This document shows, piece after piece, positions 28,864 through 50,471 of a stretch of DNA of 64,000 nucleotides. Position numbers and translations under genes: made by a program. The notes under the pieces were generated by a model. It made no database searches, had not been told where the DNA came from, and saw nothing but the letters and a program-made list of their open reading frames with translations. The DNA is from Chrysomallon squamiferum (taxonomy: Eukaryota; Animalia; Mollusca), in assembly GCA_012295275.1 (NCBI GenBank), contig CM022679.1, positions 3,286,001 through 3,350,000 on the forward strand, read 5' to 3'. The first letter of the stretch is position 1. Each line of letters opens with the position of its first letter.

Positions 28864-29506
28864 AAGTAATACCTCGCTTATCGATATTCCGCTTTAACGA
28901 TTTAAAAAAAAAAATATATATATATATATTTTTACAAATTATATAAATAGAAATTTAATAGTTAATTGCTCGAAATAAATGGTAGAAATGGATGCAATGC
29001 ATGTGTTTAAGTTCGTTTTTCGTTCAGTCACGAGCTTCTCATGCAGTCACACGTGCACGTGGTGTTCAGATTATTCTCTTCTGCTTCCAGTTAGACTTAA
29101 CTCTTTTTGTAATTTACCCTTTCAATATGTCAAAACAAACAACAGTACACCGGCAAATGCTGATGATAAAAAAAAAAGAAAAACAAAAAGAAAGAACGGA
29201 AGACAATAACTTTAGAAACAAAATACGATATCTTATATGAATACAAAACCCACAAAAATGAACCCACAAAGAGCGGCATATAATTATTTCTTAATGTATT
29301 TGTATAAATTGATTTGTAAATGATTTACTGTTCATTTAATACCTATAATCTATTAAATCATTTATGTCTAATTTGCCGTTGTATTTCTCCTTATTTAACT
29401 TCTTTTTTTTTTCTTTTTTTTTTATGTCAAATTTCATCAGTGAGAATGTAACCACTGTTTTTGACATTAATACTATGTAAATCAGTCTCCCGCTTAACGA
29501 TACCTC
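28864..29506. mobile_element. Second, truncated copy of the same MITE in opposite orientation
   Basis: TA|AAGTAATACCTCGCTTA matches the reverse complement of the 31426 end. Internal blocks (acaaattatataaatagaaatt..gttaattgctcgaaataaatggta; acggaagacaataactttagaaacaaaatacgatatc; agtctcccgcttaacgata) are reverse complements of 31300-31350, 31040-31080 and 30698-30716. Confidence 0.8.
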
Positions 29507-30638
29507 CTCAAGGGTCAGCTGAAATAACCCCGACAAAAATGGCACTAATGAGTGTTACAGAACATACTTATTGCAGTATTTACTTGTGCTTAAGAATGGT
29601 GAATTGAAATTGTTCACCCCCCTGACTTTTAAGTGCCTGGATGTTTCATAACCAACAAGCTCACAAACAAAACGGTAAATCTCCCTACCCACTTACGTAT
29701 TTTGTTCTTAACAGCGAGAAAGCTAAACAGTCATTTACAGCTTACATTATAACAGTTCATCATGGCTATTTTAAGGTCGTAGACACAATCTCTCGAAGTG
29801 TCCATTTTAAATTGAGTTTAGCATAAATTTCTGTTGGCACGTGGAAATGGGCAGTACATGTGTATTTCATAATGTACTGACATTGCCATAGATGAAAAAA
29901 AACAAAACAAACAATGTATGATGTTTAGTTTATAAAAAAAAAAACTTTGAGGACTACAGCTACATACTGCGTGGGTGTAATGTCATAGGGCAAGATTTTG
30001 TATATTAAGTATAAACAATAAAATCATAAATAAACATTGACTAAAACCTGCCAGCATGACACTTAACAGAAAAATACAATTTATAATCCAGTCTAGCAAC
30101 ATGATAATCAATTTAATATATAATGAACATGGCAGAAGTTTTATAAATTATTGAGACACAGAGAAATAGTAGACATTAAACTTAAAACCACTTAGATAGT
30201 TAAGTAACCAATTTAGAAGAGTTTCAATAAAAGGCTGAGTAATGTAGATGTTAGACAGTCCACAATGAGAAATAATTCCAGACTGATGTCGTTATTTTCT
30301 AGGTCAGACGATACTTTGCACCTCAGCTACAGTCCCCAGAATTAGCTCAAAAACAAAATTAGGAAACTAATAACAGAGAATACAAAGCTTTCACTGACAT
30401 AACAAATACCTTTGAGTTTTTCTTTTTGCGTTCAAATTATAATAATCGACGTAGGTGAGGATTTTAATAGTAGTGACATCTATCCACCATCAATGCAGCT
30501 ACTGTACATGTCACCTTCACCCATATTGTTTAGAGAGTCCATCAACAGAATTGTTAAACTTAATAAATAGGTTTTTGACTTCCTTCAGTAATTTTTGTGT
30601 GTTTTGCTTACAATTTAATATTGAGATGATAATACATA

Positions 30639-31426
30639 CAGTAATACCTGTGTTTAACGATGTAACTGGTTCCAAATTTCCGATCGTTAACTGAGATATC
30701 GTTAAGCGGGAGACTAATTTACATAGAATTAATGTTAAAAACAGTGATTACGTTCTCGCTGATGAGATTTGACATAAAAAAAGTTAAATAAGGAGAAATA
30801 AAACGGCAGTTTAAACATAAATGATTTAATAGATATTAAACAAAGAGTAAATCATTTACAAATCAGTTTATGCAAATAGATTAAGAATAATTATATACTG
30901 CTCATTGCGATTAGATTAATTGATATTTCATTCTTATTCGAATTTGGTTCACTTCTTGCTTTATAAAAATGAATCAAGAGATCCTTGCTTTCCAGACAAT
31001 ATTTTCTTTTCACTCTAAATTTCACGACAGCAATTTCATGATATCGTATTTTGTTTCTAAAGTTATTGTCTTCCGTTTCTTTTTTATCATCAGCATTCAC
31101 CAGTGTACTATCTATTCGTTTTGATATACTGGAAAGGTAAATTACAAAAGAGTTAAGTCTAAATTCAAGCAGAAGAGAAGAGAGAATGACGTTTGGATGT
31201 CAACTGATCAACACAAGCTGAAGGAAGCTTCAGCTAAAACTGAACGAAGAACGAACGAAAAATGAACAGACTTAAACACATGCATTGTACCAATTTGTAC
31301 CATTTATTTCGAGCAATTAACTGTTCAATTTCTATTTATATAATTTGTGAAAAAAAAGATCGTAAAAGCTAAATGTCGTAAAGCGGGAGATTGTTAAACG
31401 GGAGATCGTTAAGCGAGGTATTGCTG
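30639..31426. mobile_element. Non-autonomous Tc1/mariner-superfamily (pogo/Tigger-like) MITE, full length
   Basis: TA|CAGTAATACCT...AGGTATTGCTG|TA: imperfect terminal inverted repeats beginning CAG(T/C), TA target-site duplication, sub-terminal repeats (cgttaagcgggaga), and no transposase. Confidence 0.8.
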
Positions 31427-32891
31427 TATTTCATCGATCCTGTAAAGGTGTTTTTCTTTTACTAATTTCTTTTGGCTTCTAAACACAGTGTGGTTCTCTG
31501 GTAGACTGAGCTAACATAAACAAAATTCTGTTGGGGACCAAAAAGCCATTTTCTGTGTGGTCCGATGAGCCAGTTTGGTGGCTCATTGCATTTCATTGCA
31601 TTGCATCTCATTGATTACCTAACTATAAACTCAGTGTTGTCTGATAGATATTTAAATACTGATATTACTTTTCTTCAGGATAGACTAGACTGCTGTAGTT
31701 GGTATAAAAAATGCCTGAAACAAAAGAACAGAAGACCGACTGAGGTCTCTTCTCAACAGAGCTGCATCGGTGTAATCACACAACCAAACGATGACAATGA
31801 AGACCAGTTTCTCAGAACATCTCCCAGGCACTCTATGTTATGTGCATCTACTGAGGCTGTCCAGGAAGAAATCAGCTCAGCTGAGGCAGATTTGATTTTC
31901 AGTGTCCTTCCTAAACCTTTTTGTGCAAACTACCAAAAGACAGAAGGGAATCGTACAATTCAGTGGCAGTTTTGATTGGTTCAGTCTTGAATAAGATTCA
32001 TTATTAGTTTAGGACTCTTGAAACTACTCTGGAACGATGGAGACTGAGTCAATAGAACGATATGCCTTTGACTGAGGTCAGTGTGTTGAAAATGTAATTC
32101 ACCCCTTAGTTTATTACAGCATGTGTATCTGAGATCAAATTTATGACAGGAATAATTTGTTTTTTTTTTGTAATAAAAAATCAATAATGATACTAATAAA
32201 ATAGCTTTAATTTAATTTAACATCTATACTAAGATCTATAACAATAATAATACCATAATTCTAGGCACATCTGTTTTTAACTATCAGTAGAAAATCAAAG
32301 ATAGTATCAGTGTTTATAATTTAGGCGATTTTTTTATTTGTTTAACAGTCGACCCAGTATATAACAACTGCTGTTAAAATTGCTTTTATAAAAATATGAC
32401 TAATACAGAGATAAGAATAGCTTTTCTGAGAAATTCACAATTTGCATTCTATGGTTTACTGATATAAAAAGTGTGTGTACGTGTGTGTGTGTGTGTGTCT
32501 GTGTGTCTGTGTAATTATTGAACTGAAAGCAATGAGGCCAGAGTTGGCGGTGAACTGTAAATAGTGGAATGAATGAAATTAATAAATAATACTGGGATAA
32601 ATTCTGTTTTTAATCTTGCACTATGTTTATGGGATTGATGTTTGCAAGCATCGGTAATCAACAAACAAATAAACGAATGAAACTAAATCAAAACATGAAC
32701 TAATACACTAATTATAATAATGTTAGCATACTCCTGTAGACACACAAGTTGTAAGTTCACCGTGGCCAGATGAATATATACATATACATATGTTAAACAG
32801 ACTGACATCTGACAAATAACCAGTCCGTTTTCCAGAGTCACGGACAGAAATTAGCAAGACAGGTAGATTAAATTAGATTTAAATGAGTGAA

Positions 32892-33007
<116 letters not shown>

Positions 33008-33380
33008 CCTGTATGTTCTATAATGAGAAATTCTAATTTGTTTTTTGTGCACTGCACCGATTTTCCAGTGGTATTTGGTCTTAAAATAATAATTTTCTTT
33101 TTTTTGTAACACAATAACTTTTAAAAATTATCAATATATTCATGAAGTTTAAATATTTATTAGAAATGATAAAGATTTAAAATTCAGCGTAAGAATGGTT
33201 CTCATTTTCTGGGCTGCAATTGTTACTATTTCTTCGTAAACACTGAGGTTTCTTGACGAATTATTATTATTTTGTTTTCTTCTTGTTCTTCTTATTCGTC
33301 TTCTCACTGTCATCGTTATTATTATTATTATTATTAATTCTTTATTTCTTCATTTTTTTTGTAGCTTTCAGTGTCTCAAA

Positions 33381-40713
<7,333 letters not shown>

Positions 40714-40769
40714 CAACCGAAGCAAAAAGATAAAAATAAAAGGAAATAAAAAAAAAAATATATATATAT

Positions 40770-43100
40770 CTTCTCCATGGGTCACTTAAAAAGAAAATTG
40801 GCCATCATTTCTTTCATAAAATGGAGTTGTCTGATTTAATGAATGTTTGCGTCGTACATAAAATTACAATGAGGCAACCGCTTGACAACTGCGACAGAAA
40901 TTGTGTTTTGTTAATCATCCGATTAAAGAGGTTTTGGTGCCATTTCCGATGTTTTAGAATATTTTTAGTAGCAATTTTAGCACTAAAACTATATAACATA
41001 ACCAACTGAAAAGAAAAATACTTGTTGAAAATCAACCATTTCTTAACTTACAATTATGTCCAGCGAATAATAACAAGTGTAAGAGTTAAACTACTACATG
41101 ACAACGTGTATTTTCAACAGGTTCATTATCAACTAAGTGTAAAACGTATTCCAAATGTCATATAATTATTTTATACAGCAGTACCTAGAAAGATATAGAA
41201 ATTTGCAGTTATAACCAGAGTTCGTTAAATCTATCATGAAACTAATGAAACTTTAGCTTCAGGGATCCTAATACCAGAGGGACCCAGAAACGACTTTATT
41301 CCACACTTCTTCAAAACTAAATTTTAAAATCAAAATCTAAACCCTCGTTGCTTTTGCAAAATATCTGTTGTCATGGAACATTGATGGACACTGTGTTAAT
41401 TGTATTGTGTATCTAAGAAGAAGTATAAATACTGTCGGGGATGAATGAAATTAATACTTCTATATTAAACGTTTATATTCGGATAGCCAACAAAAGAATG
41501 ATTACTTGTTAATAAAACCATTAATAATGACAACAACAACAACAACAACATCAACAATAATAATAATAATGATAAAGATAATAATAATAATTTATATAAA
41601 ATTTGGAGTTTAAGAGATATTAGCTAACAATAGTGAGGATCAGAATATAAAATATAAGAAGTAGTATTTTTCTTACATTTTCACATGACTCCGAGTATTT
41701 CCTTCCCATTTCGTCTTTCATAATATACATGATCTAATTTATGTTTGTATAATTACTAAAAATCGAAAAAAGAAGGAAATGACAGAACTGAACCATGCTA
41801 TAATATATTTATAATCTTTCTGTTTTCACTTAAAATATGAACAAACACAGCTATGATAAATTATCAGAAGACTCGTGATTCTGAAATCCGTGTTTTAAAC
41901 AGTGATTAGTTGTAACAGCTAGGTTAAGTTAAACAAGTCAGTTTACACGATCCTAGCGACTGAGTTACTGAGCTAGGAGTTCAGTAAAGAAAACATTTAT
42001 AAAATGTTCAGTTGTTTTTACAGTGAACACGACGTCAAAGTAAATAAATCGTAATTAATTTGATTATAAAATGCAATCACCAAAAACAAAGAAACAAACA
42101 GTAATAATAATAATAAAAAAAATAATCATCATAACGATGATGATGATTTTTATGGTAATGATGATGGTAATGATGATGATAATAATACTACTAATGATGT
42201 AGATAATAATAATAATAATAATAAAATAAAAAACATCTGAATAAATAAAAAAAAAAAAAAAATAAATAATAAACAAACAAATAAAAAAAAAAAAAAAAAA
42301 AATAATAAACAAACAAATAAATAATTATATAAAAAAATAAATAAAGCAATAAAATTAAAACAACAAATTAGATCAAGAAGGAAAGATCATTTTCATCTAC
42401 GGAAATAATAAGGTAAAATATTTGTATGAAGAGTCCGGAATGTCATCAACAGGATAGTTTGTTAGTGAGATTATTTTAAATGAGAATGTTAGACTAAACC
42501 TCTTTAATGAGAAAATTACTCTGTAAGATAGTAATGTACTTTGTCACTGGAATCTTATCAGAGTCGTCACGATGATTTGTATGATATTGTTATTATTGTT
42601 ATTTATTTTTTAGTATATTTTTACTGGATATACAATCTCTGTGTGTTATGTTTTCATTATCTTACACTTTGCCACCAATTTGACAACTATAACAAGAACA
42701 GCAACAAAACAAACAAAAACAAACTAACGAGAAAAACCTAACAAAACCCTCACAAATAACGACAGACAAAAAGCTACCGTGATAAAGAATAATTTATCAG
42801 TTATTAATTTATTTTGTACCAAAGTCTTCACACATATTTGTCGTGCTTGTTTACTATTTTCTGATATTTCGACACATGAACAAATTTATCTCTGTTTATT
42901 CTCTCTCTATTTCACTGATATCTATATCTACAAACTGTTTTTCAGCACTTTTATGTTAATGCTATTTTTTCAAAACAGACAAAAAGTGTGCTTTAAATTA
43001 TTAATATATAGCTCAGTAGAACTAAAGCGATACTCTGATTATCTCTTTAAATGTTTTGAAATTATAACTTTTCTTCACAAAACATTATGAAAGATAGATA
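40770..43100 (+). repeat. 3'-flanking block of the chi-lectin repeat unit (homologs at ~49200-50950 and ~57505-59570)
   Basis: ggtcacttaaaaagaaaattggccatc... recurs at 40779, 49207 and 57518, with long near-identical collinear sequence downstream. Confidence 0.9.
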
Positions 43101-44492
43101 TTTGTAACCTTTTAAATAATATTTATAAAAAAAAATTAAAATAAATAGTCCTAGTTAGAGCTTTCTGCTTTTCAATTCTTCTTCTTCTTCTAATTATTAT
43201 CGTTATCCCAACGACTTTTAAATAAATAAATAAATATAATAATAAAATAACCATAATAAAATTAATAACTATTTTGGAATCCTTACTGAATCATCTTGAT
43301 AGCATTACCCAAATCAGAAAATTATTAAAAATGTGAAGGCAAGATTTCTGAAACCCTGTATATCAGCTTCAAGAGCCCGAAATATGTTAAATATCAAGAA
43401 AAACGTTACACAACATCCGTACACATAATGAAAGAGTTAATAATCTTTCCTTTAGAGATATTTATGTTTGATGTGTTTATTAGTTTCTGGTGTTTTGTTC
43501 TGATATTTCGTAATATGAATAATATTCCCTTTGTTTAATCTTCACATATTTCATGATTATTTATTCTTTTTTTCATTTTTTTGTTCACGCAATGACATCA
43601 ACTTGAAATAAATATATTCATAGGCGTCAGACCTACTGAAGGGTTGTTGTTCAGTTTTGAGTACAGCCATTTGTGTACACTGACTTAATAAGAAAATGTT
43701 ATCGTTGTTTATATTTCTTTTTCATTCTCCACTGTAACTATTTTCTGTAATTTGATGGTAACGATATTTTGTGTATAACAGGCAAAAACGATTCAGAAGT
43801 ATGTTCTTAATTATTAGTATGTAGTTGAATATGAGATATCGAAGAGAAATTTTTAGATTTTTGGAAATTACTATCAGAATAGATTTAAATAACTAACCAA
43901 AGGAGAAAGTAAATGGTCATAATAGACAGCTATCTTCAAAAAAAAAAAAAAAATTGCCTACAGAAGCTAATGAAATAAGGATATTTGAATAACATTTACA
44001 TACATTTATTAATTTTGTTTTTCATTTATTATATATATATATATGTATGTATATTTAATTTATTTATTTTGGTTTTATATCATCACTACATAGGAGCTTT
44101 TTTTTAAATTAGTTACTCAAGAGATATAATTGAAAATAAAACTTGTGAAAGGAAAGTCAGTACGTGCCAGTGAATCAGTGAAATAATCTACACATTGTAG
44201 ACATCCGAAATGTTACCCTGAAAAATTAATAATAACTAAAATGAAGTAAATAAAGGCTTTTTTTTCGTTAACGACAGATGTGAGAATATATTACCAGCAG
44301 AATGTCAGTACTATTTTGTTTGATGTTGTTGTTTTTTGTAACACAATTAATATCAAAATTGAAACATATTCATGAAATGTAAATAGTTATTCAAAACGAC
44401 AGAAACTGTTTAGAAAATATTGGTTTATGATACTGAGATCTCAGCAGAACGATTGTTCTTTATTTAGTTTTTGCAGCTTTCAGTGTTTCAAA

Positions 44493-44585
44493 ATGCGGTA
44501 TCTTGTATCAGTATTTTTCCTTTTAGCGGTGATGAATTTGTCAACTGAAGGTAAAACTATAAAATTAGTTATGATCATCACGCTC

Positions 44586-44637
<52 letters not shown>

Positions 44638-46871
44638 TCACACACACATATATATGTATGTATGTATCTATTAAATTGTGCTTTATTGGTTATTACACCA
44701 TGATATCATCAAACATTTCTGAATTATCTTTACAGAACAAACTCTTCAAATCACTGTTGTCGATTAACATAAAACGTTTCAGATAAATGTTACGTTTTCT
44801 ATTTTTACATGTGGTTTAGAATTTTAATGTCAGTTTTCTCAATTTTGTTCCCTTCTTCTTTAGAGCCTTTTAGGATTGTTTGCTATTACACAAACTGGTC
44901 GCAGTACAGATACGGAAAAGCAAAGTTCGTCCCAGACAACATAAATCCTTCGTTATGCACTCATTTCGTTTACGCATTTGCGGGTCTGAATATCGTCGCT
45001 GAAACGATGAGAGGTGAGAAATAGAGAAAAGTTAAACATTTTAAACTGTTTTACTTATTCCATTTTCTCATATTAGGTTACTAAGCAGTGTCTTTATGTA
45101 GGGTAAATAAAAGAAGATCCAGAAAGATATCCTTCCACTTCGTTCGACAGGCAAACGATAAATTATATAAGTCTCGTAAGATTGCTTTGATCAAAGAATG
45201 TTTCTTTGAGATCGAGATATTGGTTCTACTATTCATACCAACAAAATTGTAGATATATAATGTGTATCGGAATCAGTATTTTAATTTATTATCAGTAACA
45301 CACACCGACACAAACATACACACGTACACATATAAAGTTTAGTTTTACTATGACACTTAATCCTAATAAATTTCCTTTTTACAGTTGAACTAAAAGCTTC
45401 AGAATGGAATGATGAATCTACTGGAGGTTTGATGGGAATGTAGGTTACCATAGTTACATGATATACGTAATGTGTAGTTTGGTAGATTTTGTATTTCCTT
45501 CTTTTTTTTGTTGCCAAAATTTAAAATGAGTTATAAAATATATGTCGTTATCCTTAACCGTAAATGCAGAAAAATTTCAACAGAATAAGTAGTACATTTC
45601 CAGTGAGAAATAATTGAAATGAAGACTTTTTAGAATCCGAAAACTATGAAACCTCCCCAAAGAAAGTCTGATAACGCAAACACAACTGCACAACCGTCAC
45701 GCACATACTCAAGTATTCAAGTACAATAATTCTGGTTGTTAATGATATTATTGTTAATAATATTTTTATTTGAAGGTATGAACAATTTCAAAAAATTCGT
45801 AATCCATGTTCAAATGTCAAAACGCTTCTCGCTGTTGATGGATGGAGCCAAATAACAAATAATAAACATAATATGTTTACGTCACGTACGATGATCCGAA
45901 CGTTTGCTGAAGATGCAGTCACTTTCTTGAGAAAATACAAATTTGATGGACTCGATATGCATTGGAATTATAATGACAAAAGTCTACCACCAAACACCAA
46001 GGATTTACTAGGCGAAATTTTAATGGTATCGTAAACTCAAATTCACGTCTGCTGTCTTAATCGTTTTTCTGAGTCAGTCTCACTTATGTTCTAAATAATT
46101 AAGTTGAAAAATAATTATTTCATCTTATACATCACTGATGTGTAGAACGTTCCTGAAATAATGAACCATACGTTGTTTTTGTAGACCTTGCTGACGACGT
46201 TTGTTAGAGAAGCAACGAGAGAGAAAAGACCTAGACTCCTGTTGGTTGTATCTACGAACGCGCCGTTATCTGTTTACAAGCGGCTTTATAACAGGATACG
46301 TGTATGGAGGTTGTATAAAGAAATAAACGAAACATGACATAATACTAAAATGTCCCTCAGTGAATGAATAAATGGCTATTAGTTCAATTACTTCTGAATA
46401 TATTATGAGATATCAGGATTTTTTAAATATTAGAATGCAGAGATATAATTATATTTCATAAATAACCCGGTGGAGGGTAATGCTTAGATCTATAAGAAAA
46501 TTTCATACATTAATATGCTTATGGAGAAAACAAAAACAGAACAAACAAACAAAACAACCTTTGTTTTCTGAAGCTGTAGTTTTAATGAGATTTACACATT
46601 TCAGCTACATTGACTTCATGAACCTCATTACGTATGATTTGCATGGTCCATGGAATAACTTTACACATCACTTCAGTCCACTTTTTGATAAGAATGACTC
46701 TGACGCAAACAGTGTTGTGAGTTTATGTTTTTATATTAAAGAAAAACTACACAATAGTATTATTAACGTTCCTTCATTGCAAAGGCCTGCCGATATTTTA
46801 AATTTATTTTCAAAAATAATTATGACATACATTTTCGTTTTCTTTCTTTCATTCTTTATTATTATTATTAC

Positions 46872-46935
<64 letters not shown>

Positions 46936-48907
46936 TTTATATGCATCTTGTTTTTGAATTCTTATTGTTCTTCTTTATTTATTTCATCTTTCGCCAGGAA
47001 TCTTTAATGCAATCTTGGGTGTCTGCTTCATGTCCTAAAGAAAAACTAAATCTGGGTCTAGCATTCTACGGTCGATCGTTTACTCTCACATCAGATGAAA
47101 CTGGTCTAAATGCGCCTGCTACTCCAGGAAGACGTGGTTTGTACACTCGAACTGATGGATTTCTGGCACATTACGAGGTCAGATATACACACGTTTGTAA
47201 AACGATAAATCTTATTTTATTTCTAAAATTAAATTCATTCACTGATAGATTCATTTTATTTTCTAAAAACCTCTATTACCTATTGATTATATGTAGTAAG
47301 AAATGTCATAAATAATATAAAAAAAAAAAAAAAAAAAAACTGAAATGTTCCTTAATAACGGAGATTTGTTTCCTTTTATTATTACTTCCTTTCCATTACT
47401 TTCATTTCACTTTCTTGTGGGTTTTGTGGTGTTTTTTTTGTGAGATATAATTATTGAAAAATTATTTGATTAACGTGGGTTTGTTTTCATGAAAATATAA
47501 TTTACATAGATGTGCTAAATTACTTAGATATGTAAAATGAAGAGTAAATCCACGAGGGAGATGTACCTGAAAGATAACAAGGTTTTCTACATGATTAGCG
47601 GAAATCAGTGGGTAGCATACGAAAACGATATCAGTATCAGAACTAAGGTAGGTTTCACACATACATCAACAAACACAGACGCAGTTACCTACATATAAAT
47701 ATGTATGTAGTTTCCATTGTCGAATGGTACCATACTTTCTCTTTTCTGAAGCATTTTCGAGGTGTAGAAGTCTAGAGATACATACATACTTGCACAGATA
47801 CATACATACATATAATTACAGGTATGCTATGCGAAACACGAAGGTTTTGGAGGAGTTATGATCTGGGCTGTAGATCTCGATGACTTTAACGGAGAGTTTT
47901 GTGGAAAAGGAAAATGGCCGCTGTTAAAAGCTGTTAAAGATCAGATTGAAGGAAAACCTCCATGTGAACCAGTGGCTAAGTATGTGTTTAGCACCTTAAA
48001 GATGTTGTCATATTTTAGAACACCTTTTATTGTCTTCTACTGTCATGAAATTTACTTGAAAGTGAATTCTAGTAGATATTTTGCGATTCATTCGTTTATG
48101 GAGATTAATATATTTAAAAATACTATTCACGGTATATTATACCATAAAACTTTGGCTAATAAAACTATTTCACCCTTTGATAAAATAAGTTAAATGTAAA
48201 GGAAATAAAAGTAATATTACTGGAAAGCATCTAACATTTTCACAGAGTTAACGTCTTAAATATAATTAACATAACATTAATTGAGATATTGTTTTCATTG
48301 TAGACCTAGGAAGAAGGATAAAAGAGGAACAGGTATTTCTCATTAGCCTTTAACTATATATTCGACTAAATGTAACTATAAATAGAAGAAAAACAAGACG
48401 AAAGAAGAAGAATAATAATATACTTTTATTCTAATCGGAAGGAATATAGCTGGTTTCCTCTCTAGTTATAAGAATGGTCCTGACGCCATGTAATTTTAAA
48501 TGATAATTTGTTGATTAAAATATTTTCTTTAAAATCTAGAAAATTAAAAAATTGTGCAAGGTGTGAACAGACACTTAAGATTAGAAAATTTAATTTGTAG
48601 ATTAAAGTCTAGACAGAGCTTTTACGAGGAAGAAATAAAATATTGTCACATTTTCTTACATGATGTTAGATATAAGTTAAAGATACACAGTTATGAAAAG
48701 CACTGATTGTACTTCATGTGCTGCACTAATCAGTTTTGTAGAGAAATCAATCAAGTTCAGTCATTTTACTTGATAACACTACTACTGGTGGTAGTAGTAG
48801 TAGTAATTTAAATAATAATTTTAGTAATAATATTATTACTGTTATTATTATTATTTTTACTACTACTACTACTACTACTACTACTATTACTATTACTGCT
48901 GCTACTA

Positions 48908-48942
<35 letters not shown>

Positions 48943-48980
48943 ACTACTACCACTACTACTACTACTACTACTATTACTAT

Positions 48981-49029
<49 letters not shown>

Positions 49030-49039
49030 ACTACCACTA

Positions 49040-49074
<35 letters not shown>

Positions 49075-49121
49075 ACTACCACTACTACTATTATTATTTT
49101 CCAGAAAGACCTGAGTTTTAG
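44493..49121 (+). CDS. Secreted GH18 chitinase-like protein (chi-lectin, predicted inactive), copy B, 11 coding exons, ~417 aa
   Basis: Exons 44493-44550 ([19 protein letters not shown]), 44864-45013, 45385-45439, 45776-46025 ([17 protein letters not shown]), 46185-46309, 46605-46716 ([15 protein letters not shown]), 46998-47177, 47528-47647, 47822-47979, 48304-48332 (PRKKDKRGT), 49105-49121 (ERPEF*). Same intron phases as copy A; total 1254 nt, open frame. Confidence 0.9.
48778..49100. repeat. (ACT)n/(GCT)n tract before the terminal exon of copy B (homologs 40367-40665 and 57238-57430)
   Basis: Direct reading; each tract ends at the TTTT(C/T)CAG acceptor. Confidence 0.9.
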
Positions 49122-50104
49122 TGGAGCAGATGACAGATGTAAATAGTAACCGAAGCCAAAAAATAAAGAAATAAAAAATTAAAAAATAACGACAAATATT
49201 CTCCATGGGTCACTTAAAAAGAAAATTGGCCATCATTTCTTTCATAAAATGGAGTTGTCTGATTTAATGAATGTTTGTGTTGTACATTACAATGAGGCAA
49301 CCGCTTGACAACTGCGACAGAAATTGTGTTTTGTTAATCATCCGATTAAAGAGGTTTTGGTGGCATTTCCGATGTTTTAGAATATTTTTAGTAGTAATTT
49401 TAGCGGTAAAACTATATAACATAACCAACTGAAAAGAAAAATACCTGTTGAAAATCAACCATTTCTTAACTTACAATTATGTCCAGCGAATAATAACAAG
49501 TGTAAGAGTTAAACAATTACATGACAACGTGTATTTTCAACAGGTTCATTATCAGCTAAGTGAAAAACGTATTCCAAATGTTATATAATTATTTTATACA
49601 ACAGTACCTAGAAAAATATAGGAATTGCAGTTATAACCAGAGTTCGTTAAATCTATCATGAAACTAATGAAACTTTAGCTTAAGGGATCCTAATACCAGA
49701 GGGACCCAGAAACGACTTTATTCCACATTTCTTCAAAATTTTAATCAAAATCTAAATTTTTAAATATCTGTCATGGAACATTGATACAGAAGAAGATAAG
49801 AGTAATTACCGAGACCCTTGTTGTTTCTTGCAAAATGCCTCCATAACTGTTCAAGCTTCAGGCCCCCAAACACTCGACGAATGACTGGACACTGTGTTAA
49901 TTGTGTTGTGTATCTAAGAAAGGTGTTGCAAGTATAAACTCTTCACTTTAAAGCATACTGTCGGGGAGGTGAAGAAAGCGAAAGATTTTCTGACACGATG
50001 TATGAGATTAAAACTGAATAGAAACACTGTTTGTATATTGAACGTTTATGTTCGGATAGCCAAGAAAAGAAAGGTTACTAGGCCTAGTTAATAAAACCAT
50101 TTTT

Positions 50105-50171
<67 letters not shown>

Positions 50172-50439
50172 TAATAATAATACTAATAATAATAATAAAA
50201 AAACAAAAAAAAAAAAAATAAAAAAAAAAATAAAATATAAAACAACAAATTACGTTAAGAAGCAAACATCATGTTTTTTTGTTTTGTTTTTTTAGTATAT
50301 TTTTACTGAGTATATCATCTTTATATGTTCAGTTTTCATTATCTTACACTTTGCCACCAGTTTGACAACAATAACAATACAAAAAAAAAAAAAAAAAAAA
50401 AAAAAAAATAAAAAAATAATAATAAAAAAAAAAAAAAAT

Positions 50440-50471
<32 letters not shown>

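Noticed and set aside
40814-41035. Conserved ORFs repeated at 49264 and 57552 (MIFNKYFSFQ.. / MELSDLMNV..)
   Set aside because: Conservation reflects the duplicated flank. The B copy has a frameshifting 4-nt deletion and there is no protein-like signature.
49105-49121. C-terminal RPEF of copy B as an ER-retention signal
   Set aside because: Pro at the -3 position does not fit KDEL-type consensus, and the motif is not terminal in the other copies.
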